Source of the DNA: Acidobacteriota bacterium | Lineage (GTDB): Bacteria > Acidobacteriota > UBA6911 > RPQK01 > JAJDTT01 | Reading direction: 5' to 3' | Assembly: GCA_965263035.1 (NCBI GenBank) | Contig: OZ253580.1 | Location: 5,792,001-5,856,000, forward strand | DNA: 64,000 nt | Shown here: piece by piece, positions 41,454 through 49,475 of the stretch | Position numbering within the stretch: the stretch's first letter is position 1 | How the letters are laid out: every line of letters starts with the position of its first letter | Position numbers and translations under genes: made by a program | Notes under the pieces: generated by a model | What the model was told of the DNA's origin: nothing | Database searches by the model: none | The model's input: only the letters and a program-made list of their open reading frames with translations

Positions 41454-43235
41454 TGGAGTTGACCCGCTTTCGTGGACACATCCAAAGTAGGGGAGTAAGG
41501 AGGGATCCACGATGGCAAGAAAGCAGAGACGGTATCCGCCGGAGTTCCGGCGGGAGATCGTAGGGCTGGTGCGCTCGGGGCGATCGCCGGAGGCACTGGC
41601 GGGGGAGTTCGAGCCCTCGGCTTCGGCGATCCGGAAGTGGGTCAAGCAGGCCGATCTGGACGAGGGGCACCGGAACGACGGGTTGACGACGTTCGAGCGC
41701 CAGGAGTTGCGCCAGGCGAGGCGGGAGATCAAGCGCCTGCGGATGGAGCGGGACATCCTAAAAAAAGCCGCGGCTTGGTTCGCCCGGGAGAGCGACTCGA
41801 TCCCAGGAAAGGATTCGAGTTCGTAAAGGCGCACCGGGCCCAGTTTCCGATTCGGGTGATGTGCCGCGTGTTGGGTCTCTCCCCCAGTGGGTACTACGCC
41901 TGGTTGAAACGTCTGCCCTCGAATCGAGCTCGCCAGGACCAGGCGCTTCGGGAAAAGATCGTGCAGATCTGGAACGAGAACCGGAGAGTTTACGGTCGGC
42001 CTCGTCTGCATGCCGAACTGAGAGCTCGAGGGGAACGGACGAGCCCGAAGCGTGTCGGTCGATTGATGCGGGAAGCCGGGATTCAGGGGGCGAGCCGGAG
42101 ACACCGGAAGGCCGGGCTCACCCGGAGGGACCGGGAGGCCCGTCCAGCACCGGACTTGGTGAACCGGAACTTCGCGGCTGAGGGACCGGATCAGCTCTGG
42201 GTGGCGGACCTGACGTATGTCCGCACGAAGGCGGGCTGGTTGTATGTGGCCGTGGTCCTGGACGCTTGGAGCCGCTTGGTCGTGGGCTGGGCGATGGAGA
42301 CCCATCTGCGGTCCGAACTGGTCGAGAAGGCGCTCGCCATGGCGGTGATACGGCGGCAGCCGAAGCAGGTGATCCACCACTCGGACCAAGGGGCGCAGTA
42401 CACCTCGACTGCCTTCGGGAAGAGATGCCGGGAGGCCGGGGTGCGGCCGTCGATGGGCTCGGTGGGGGACGCTTACGACAACGCCATGTGCGAGAGCTTC
42501 GTCGCGACGCTGGAGTGCGAGTTGCTGGACCGTCACCAGTTCCGGAATCCGAATCAGGCGAGGCGGGCCGTCTTCGACTTCATTGAGGGATTCTACAACC
42601 GGCGCCGCCGACACTCGGCGCTGGGCTACGAGTCGCCGGTCCGCTACGAGCAGCAGGCAGCGTAGGACCCACGCCGTCGTCGAAACTCGATCCGGACGAC
42701 GAGATCCTCGATTCGTGCTCTCGCCGAGTGCAGTGATGACCTGCTGGGGTCGTCTTTCCTGCCTCCAATGCCGGTCCTGCGGGCCGGGAGGCTCAGAAGG
42801 ACTGACGCCGCCTCACGAACCGGTTCGTTTTCGCGCTGCTCGACCACGAAACCAGCACCATCACCGTCGCACCAAGCGTCGCGCGCGACACGATTGAAGA
42901 GGGCAGGGGGGCGCTGCCCCCCTGAGACCCCCGGATGCAAAGAGATACACACCACTCTTAAATCCCTGGAAAGAGAGCGCCGAGGCCCCCTCGTTACGCG
43001 GTATCCCATTGTGGAAAATCAGAGATTTCCCACAACGTGAGCCCTTTTGCTGACGCCTCCATCAGTCCCCCCAAAGAAGAAAGAACGCTCTGTCAATGGT
43101 CAAAACCCTGACATTTTCTATGGCCATTGACATTCAGCGGGAGGAAGTCTTGCTCCCCAACGACAGAAGGAGTATTACAACCTAGACCAACGTAAACCGC
43201 ACTAATAAACCGTCCACGAAAACGGGACACCTTCA
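41454..43235 (+). mobile_element. IS3-family element, copy 1 (apparently intact, with a long 3' tail)
   Basis: IRL TGGAGTTGACCCGCTTTCGTGGAC, IRR GTCCACGAAAACGGGACACCTTCA; orfA and orfB present. Confidence 0.92.
41512..42665 (+). CDS. IS3 transposase OrfAB (programmed -1 frameshift)
   Basis: orfA 41512-41826 HTH; A7G slippery site 41760-41767; orfB DDE motifs WVADLTY, HHSDQG, DNAMCES. Confidence 0.92.
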
Positions 43236-43296
43236 CTACGGACCTATGCCAGTGGACGCGACAGGCCCCCTTTCCTCCCCGGGCCCCTGGGTGGTC

Positions 43297-44203
43297 TCAG
43301 AAGACCGTGCGGGGGGCGACGGGCGACCAGATGCGGTCCTGTCGAACGAGGGTGTTGGCCAGGACGATGAGCTTGCGCATCACGGCGACGAGGGCCACCT
43401 TGCCAGGCTTGCCGCGCTCTCTCAGCCTCCGGTTCACCTCGGCCAAGTCGGGGTTCCAGCGCAGGGCGGACACGGCCGGCATGTACAGAAGCCGTCGCGC
43501 CCGCGCCCGTCCGCCCCGGATGAAGGCCCGGCCCTGCCAAGCCCCCGACTCGCGAGGAACGGCGGCCAGCCCGGCCAGACTGGCGGCGGCCTTGCCGCTA
43601 AGGGCACCCAGCTCGGGCATCTCGGCCAGCAGACCGGTGGCGGTGGTGGCCGCGATCCCCGGGATGGAGGTGAGGATCTCCAACTTGCGGTCGATGGCGC
43701 GCAGGTGGCGCTCGAACATGTTGATCTGGATCTGGTTCTGCTGTTTGAGCAGGGGTTCGCGGAGCTGTCGGCGGCGGTTGAGCGCGGCCGTGCGCTGGCG
43801 CATCAGCGCGTCCCGGGACGTCTGCAGATCCTGGAGCCGGCGTTGCGTTTTGGACGGCACCTGGGTCCGGCGCGGCTCCAGCGTGGCGGCCAGTTGGGCC
43901 AGTTTCCGAGCGTCTACGGCGTCGGTCTTGGCGCGGCTCCCGGTCGCCTCGGCGAAGCGCCGCGCCTGCCAGGGGTTCACCTTCGCCAGCGGCAGCTTCG
44001 CTTTGGACAGCGCTTCCTCGAGGTCCCGGTGGTAGGGGCCGGTGGCCTCGTACGCGACGCACTCGACCGGAGTTCCGATCCAATCGATCAGCGCCCGGAA
44101 GCCGGCCGGGTCATTGTCGAACTGGGCGGAATGGCCGTCGGCCAGCCGGTGCGCGTCCAGGTGCGCTTTCGAGATGTCGATGTCTAGCGGTATGCTGTTT
44201 CAT
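43297..44203 (-). pseudogene. IS110-family recombinase/transposase, frameshifted near codon 6-7
   Basis: IDISKAHLD, YEATG, AKTDAVDA, TSIPGI, RESG, IRGGR, AVMRKL; ATG 44203 is out of frame by one base. Confidence 0.88.
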
Positions 44204-44372
44204 CTTTCCTGTCTCCTGTGCTTGTCATTCGGGCCTTGATGCCCTTGTATCCATTCAGGACATCGGGAAAGACGGTGGCCGACCTGACTGCTTTTCGGTT
44301 CGCAAAAGTCCGCGGCGGTACGGTCCAGCCACCGCCGTCCGGGTCGCTCATGAGCGACCCGGACGGCCCCAT
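44204..44372 (-). ncRNA. IS110 upstream non-coding end, candidate bridge-RNA region
   Basis: About 170 nt non-coding segment 5' of the IS110 ORF; contains a perfect 34-bp palindrome at 44334-44367. Confidence 0.45.
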
Positions 44373-45635
44373 TTAAACAGACAAGCGGCGGTACCCGCCG
44401 GAGTTTCGGCGGGAGATCGTGGCGCTGGTGCGCTCGGGGCGATCGCCGGAGTCGCTGGCTGAGGAGTTCGAGCCCTCGGCGTCGGCGATCCGGAAGTGGG
44501 TCAAGCAGGCCGATCCGGACGAGGGACACCGAAACGACGGGTTGACGACGTTTGAGCGCCAGGAGTTGCGCCAGGCGAAGCGGGAAATCAAGCGCCTGCG
44601 GATGGAACGGGACATCTTAAAAAAAGCCGCGGCTTGGTTCGCCCGGGAGAGCGGCTCGATCCCCGGCAAGGATTCGAGTTCGTGAAGGCGTACCGGGTCC
44701 GGTTTCCGATCCGGGTGATGTGCCACGTGCTCTCGTCTCTCCCCCAGTGGGTACTACGCCTGATTAAAGCGTCCGCCGTCGAACCGGGCTCGCCGGGACC
44801 AGGCGCTTCGGGAAAAGATCGTGCGGATCTGGAACGAGAACCGAAGAGTTTACGGTCGGCCTCGTCTGCATGCCGAGTTGAGAGCTCGAGGCGAACGGAT
44901 GAGCCCGAAGCGTGTCGGTCGATTGATGAAGGAGGCCGGGATTCAGGGGGCGAGCCGGAGGCACCGGAAGGCCGGGCTCACCCGGAGGGACCGGGACGCC
45001 CGTCCCGCGCCGGACCTGGTGAACCGGAACTTCGCGGCTGAGGGACCGGATCAGCTCTGGGTAGCGGACCTCACCTATGTCCGCACGAAGGCGGGCTGGT
45101 TGTACGTGGCCGTGGTCCTGGACGCCTGGAGCCGCCTGGTCGTGGGCTGGGCGATGGAGACCCACCTGCGCTCCCAACTGGTCGAGAAGGCGCTCTCCAT
45201 GGCGGTGATCCGGCGGCAGCCGAAGCAGGTGATCCACCACTCGGACCAAGGGGCGCAGTACACCTCGACGGCCTTCGGCAAAAGCTGCCGGGAGGCCGGG
45301 GTGCGCCCGTCGATGGGCTCGGTGGGGGGCGCGTACGACAACGCGATGTGCGAGAGCTTCTTCGCGACGCTCGAGTGCGAGTTGCTGGATCGTCAGAAGT
45401 TCCGGAATCCGAATCAGGCGAGGCGGGCCGTCTTCGACTTCATTGAGGGATTCTACAACCGGCGGCGCCGGCACTCGGCGCTGGGCTACGAGTCGCCGGT
45501 CCGCTACGAACAGCAGGCGGCGTAGGACCCACGCCGTGGTCCAAACTCGATCCGGACGACGAGATCCTCGATTCGTGAACCTTCGCACCAAGGGTCGCGC
45601 GCGACACGATTAAAGAGGGCAGGGGGGCGCTGCCC

Positions 45636-46987
45636 CATAGGCGTTAACTTGTTACGATTAGATCATGTATGATGAGTCTATGGAGAATGAAGTGGCTCGC
45701 GGGATGAGGGAAGACTGGTGGCTGCTGGTGTCGTTCCTGCCGGGTAACTGGCGGGAGCTGGCAGCGAGTACCGGGGCGCTCAAGGGGCTGCGCAAGGACA
45801 AGTCGGCGGAGAACCTGCTGCGCGTGCTGCTGCTGCACCTTGGATGCGGGCACTCGTTGCGCGAGACGGTGGTGCGCGCCAGGAAGGCGGGGCTGGCGGA
45901 ATTGTCGTCGGTGGCGTTGTGGAAACGGTTGAAGAAGTCACGGGGCTGGCTGCAGGCGCTGTGTCTGGAACTGTTCCGGGAGCGGGGCGTGGAACTGGCG
46001 GCGGGCGGCGGTATGCAGATGCGGGCGATTGACGCGACGACGGTGAAGGAGCCAGGCAAATCGGGGTCGCTGTGGCGCCTGCATTACAGCGTGCGGCTGC
46101 CCTCGCTGGCGTGCGACTTCTTCCGGCTGACGGGGACACAGGGGCGCGGCACGGGGGAGTCCCTGCAGCAGTTTCCGATCCGGGAAGGGGACTATCTGCT
46201 GGCGGATCGGGGCTACTCAACGGCGGCGGGTATCGGTTACGTGGCGGAAGCAGGTGGACGGGTGACGGTGCGGGTGAACACGAGTTCGCTGCCGCTCCAG
46301 ACCTCCGGCGCCCGACCCTTCCGGTTGCTGAAAAAGGTCTCGACGCTGCAAAGTCCGGGCGACATCGGATCTTGGGCCGCCCGGGTCATCGGCCCCCGGG
46401 GAGTTCCGGTGGCGGGTCGCGTGTGCGCACTGCGCAAGACGGAGGAAGCGATTGAGATCGCTCACCGGAGCCTGCGTCGGAAGGCCTCGAAGAAAGGCAA
46501 GAAACTGCAGCCGCGGACCTTGGAGTTCGCCCGCTACGTGATCCTCTTCACCAGCTTCCCGGCCGCGGATTTCCCGGTCGCCGAGGTGCTGGAATGGTAC
46601 CGTGTCCGGTGGCAAGTCGAGCTGGTGTTCAAGCGCTTCAAGTCGCTGGCAGCGCTGGGGCATCTGCCCAAGCGCGACGACGAGAGCGCCCAGGCTTGGC
46701 TGTACGGCAAGTTGCTGGTGGCCCTGCTGGTCGAGCGGCTGATCGGCTACGCGATGGCCGTTTCCCCCTGGGGATACCCTCTGGCGTCACCGGCAACCCC
46801 ACAGCGCTTGGCGTGACTTCAAATTCGTGCTCCACCAGGTGCGGCGCGCGATCGACCCGCACTTGTCGCGGGCTGAGGTGCTCGCCAGTTGGAACGAGAT
46901 CTCCGAGGAACTCGCCGACCCGCCTCGAGTTCGCTTGGCCCAATTGGAGTCCTATTTCAGCCGGACTCAAACAAGTTAACTCCTATG
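45636..46987 (+). mobile_element. Intact IS4-family element
   Basis: 18-bp IRs CATAGGCGTTAACTTGTT / CATAGGAGTTAACTTGTT; perfect 11-bp duplication GGGCGCTGCCC. Confidence 0.93.
45665..46816 (+). CDS. IS4-family DDE transposase
   Basis: AIDATT, LADRGY, YRVRWQVELVFKRFKS (YREK). Confidence 0.92.
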   Translation: MYDESMENEVARGMREDWWLLVSFLPGNWRELAASTGALKGLRKDKSAENLLRVLLLHLGCGHSLRETVVRARKAGLAELSSVALWKRLKKSRGWLQALCLELFRERGVELAAGGGMQMRAIDATTVKEPGKSGSLWRLHYSVRLPSLACDFFRLTGTQGRGTGESLQQFPIREGDYLLADRGYSTAAGIGYVAEAGGRVTVRVNTSSLPLQTSGARPFRLLKKVSTLQSPGDIGSWAARVIGPRGVPVAGRVCALRKTEEAIEIAHRSLRRKASKKGKKLQPRTLEFARYVILFTSFPAADFPVAEVLEWYRVRWQVELVFKRFKSLAALGHLPKRDDESAQAWLYGKLLVALLVERLIGYAMAVSPWGYPLASPATPQRLA

Positions 46988-47313
46988 GGGCGCTGCCCCC
47001 CTGACCCCCGGATGCAAAGAGACACATACCACTCTTAAATCCCGACAAAGAAAGCGCCGAGACCCCCCAGTTACGCGGTATCCCATTGTGGAAAATCAAA
47101 GATTTCCCACAACGTGAGCCCTTTTGCGGACGCCTCCATCAGTCCCCCCCACAGAAGAAAGAACGCTCTGTCCATGGCCAAATCCGTGCCATTTTCGATG
47201 GCCATTGACATTCGGCAGGAGGAAGTCTTGCTCCTCACCGACAGAAGCGGTATTAAAACCAAGACCAACGTACACCGCACTAATAAACCGTCCACGAAAT
47301 CAGGACACCTTCA

Positions 47314-47460
47314 TCTCGCTGAGTCGCACCGAGGCCCGCGGGTACCCCGTAGATCACCTCCCGCACCAATCGGTCCGCGGTCTTGGAAATCCCTCCGAGA
47401 CTTCGCTCGAGAATCGTCGGATCTGCGCTCGAATCTGGGCGGTTCTTTGGCACTATGCAT
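47314..47460 (-). pseudogene. N-terminal fragment of the outer IS4-family transposase
   Basis: Across frameshifts reads MHSAK..RAQIRRFSSEVSEG..LVREVIYG..ASVRLSE; abuts the IS3 IRR. Confidence 0.6.
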
Positions 47461-47671
47461 CTGGGTCCCTCCCGTGTAACTGGTCCTTGGATTTGGTCTT
47501 TCAGAGAATCAGTCTCCTCGTCAGGGACCCACACTCATAGCGGGCGAAAGTTTCCCCATTTTTGGAGAAATTCGACCCCGTCCACTTGTCAGATCTTCTT
47601 ACTCTCCTGTTACCAATCGCTTGCGTAGATGACACCCCGATTTTTTGGGGAAGCTCCTGGGGTACAAGTGG

Positions 47672-47701
47672 TTGACATACTCGATCTTCCTCGACTACGC
47701 T
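47672..47701 (+). promoter_or_regulatory. Putative sigma70 promoter of glnA
   Basis: TTGACA-N18-TACGCT just outside the IS4 target duplication. Confidence 0.5.
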
Positions 47702-47826
47702 CAGTCGATTATTAGTTTTGGGTTTGCGGGTGGAATCAGTCCGACGGCTTCCATTCGCGACGTTTCGCGGGTTTCGCCTAATACCAACGACGCCGGTTCT
47801 CGGCAACCACACGGAAAGAGAGTCAG

Positions 47827-49245
47827 ATGGCAACACTTGATGATGTGCAAGCAGTTATTAGGGACAACGACGTCCGGCGCGTCGATCTACTCGTCACGGA
47901 CTTGATCGGACGCTGGCAGCACTTTTCCATTCCCGCGTCCAAGGTCGACGAAGACTTGGTCCAGAATGGTCAAGGCTTCGATGGCTCAAGCCTGCGTGGT
48001 TTCCAGTCGATCGATGAATCCGATATGCTGCTGTTTCCAGACCTTGCAACGGCCCGAATCGACCCGACCGAATCCGAACCGACGCTCAAGATCATCTGCG
48101 ACATCGTCGACCCGGTGACTCGCGAGCGCTACACGCGTGATCCACGCTACGTAGCGACCAAGGCCGAAGCCTATTTGAACGCTTCCGGCATTGCAGACAA
48201 AGCGTTCTTCGGCCCGGAACTCGAGTTCTTTTTGTTCGACAACGTGCAGTTTGGTCTCAAGGTCAACTCCTCGTTTCATGTCGTGGACTCGGACGAGGCG
48301 GACTGGAACTCTTCCCGGGACGAGGACGGCCGCAACCTCGGCTACAAGATTCCCCCGAAGCAAGGCTACTCTCCGGTTTCCCCTTTCGACTCGCTCGCGA
48401 ACCTGCGCTGGGAAATGGCGGAGAAGATGGGGCAGGTGGGTATCGAGTTCGAGGTTCATCACCACGAGGTAGCAACGGGAGGTCAGGGGGAGATCGCCAC
48501 CCGCTTCACTACGTTGCGCAGAAAGGCGGACGATACCCAGTGGTACAAGCACATCATCCGCAATGTGGCCAAGGCCCACGGAAAGACGGCCACGTTCATG
48601 CCCAAGCCCCTGTTTGGCGACAACGGAACCGGAATGCACGTGCATCAGTCGCTGTGGCTCGGCGATCAGCCGCTCTTCTTTGACGCAGACAATTACGCAC
48701 AGCTTTCGGATCTGGCGAAGTACTATATTGGGGGCCTGCTGGCACACGGACCGTCGCTTCTCGCCTTCTGCGCCCCAACGACCAATTCGTACAAGCGCCT
48801 GGTTCCCGGTTTCGAGGCGCCGATTTACCTCGCCTACTCACAGCGCAACCGCTCGGCTGCCATCCGAATCCCCACCTACGAGAACTCACCGAAGAGCAAG
48901 CGGGTCGAGTTTCGTCCGCCCGATCCCTCAGCCAACACGTATCTTGCTTTTTCAGCAATGCTGATGGCAGGACTTGACGGAATACGGAACAAGATCGATC
49001 CGGGCGGCCCGACCGACACCGATATCTATGAGCTCTCCCCGGAGGAAATCGGCAATATCCCTGCTGTTCCGACCTCGGTGGAGGCGGCGGTGGAGGCTCT
49101 GGGCGGTGACCACGACTATCTGACGGAGGGCAGCGTCTTTACGCAGGACGTAGTGGACCAATACATCGCCTTCAAGGAGCAGGAGGCGCGGGATGTCTTT
49201 CTCCATCCTGTTCCGGCGGAATTCTTCCACTATTTCCACATTTGA
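47827..49245 (+). CDS. glnA: Type I glutamine synthetase
   Basis: FDGSS, FGPELEF, HHHEVATGGQGE, TFMPKP, GMHVHQS, NSYKRLVPGFEAP, NRSAAIRIP. Confidence 0.97.
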   Translation: MATLDDVQAVIRDNDVRRVDLLVTDLIGRWQHFSIPASKVDEDLVQNGQGFDGSSLRGFQSIDESDMLLFPDLATARIDPTESEPTLKIICDIVDPVTRERYTRDPRYVATKAEAYLNASGIADKAFFGPELEFFLFDNVQFGLKVNSSFHVVDSDEADWNSSRDEDGRNLGYKIPPKQGYSPVSPFDSLANLRWEMAEKMGQVGIEFEVHHHEVATGGQGEIATRFTTLRRKADDTQWYKHIIRNVAKAHGKTATFMPKPLFGDNGTGMHVHQSLWLGDQPLFFDADNYAQLSDLAKYYIGGLLAHGPSLLAFCAPTTNSYKRLVPGFEAPIYLAYSQRNRSAAIRIPTYENSPKSKRVEFRPPDPSANTYLAFSAMLMAGLDGIRNKIDPGGPTDTDIYELSPEEIGNIPAVPTSVEAAVEALGGDHDYLTEGSVFTQDVVDQYIAFKEQEARDVFLHPVPAEFFHYFHI

Positions 49246-49475
49246 CCCGAATTCCGAAACCCGGCTGCCACGAGGCATCCCAACTCTCCCTCAAGCAGCG
49301 CCACGGAAACCGCCTGAATTCTTCGCTCCGGTCCGCTTGGAAGATCGGTGAGATCGCTCTCATCCCCGGACGGGACCATCCAGGTGAACGACGGCGGGGT
49401 CCTCAACCGTCTCCGTGAGCCTCTGACACCTCAGCCCACTCTTGCCCATCTTCCAGCCGTTACCTGTATTTCTCA

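Larger units (their letters stand above)
44373..47313 (+). mobile_element. IS3-family element, copy 2 (5'-truncated, degenerate, interrupted by IS4)
   Basis: Close paralogue of copy 1; lacks IRL and orfA start; indel near 44730 and TGG>TGA at 44761; IRR ends at 47313. Confidence 0.88.
37583..47659 (-). mobile_element. IS4-family outer element whose ends enclose a nested IS cluster
   Basis: IRs CTGGACTTTCCCCA / CAGGAGCTTCCCCA; flanks CGGTACAAG (37574-37582) and GGGTACAAG (47660-47668); transposase N- and C-terminal pieces at the two ends. Confidence 0.8.

Noticed and set aside
42870-47313. Repeats at 42.9-43.2 kb and 47.0-47.3 kb as CRISPR or att sites
   Set aside because: They are the paralogous tails of two IS3 copies; I saw no repeat-spacer array anywhere in the window.
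41454-47313. IS3 composite transposon
   Set aside because: Outer flanks (AAC and TCT) show no target duplication, and copy 2 lacks its left end.
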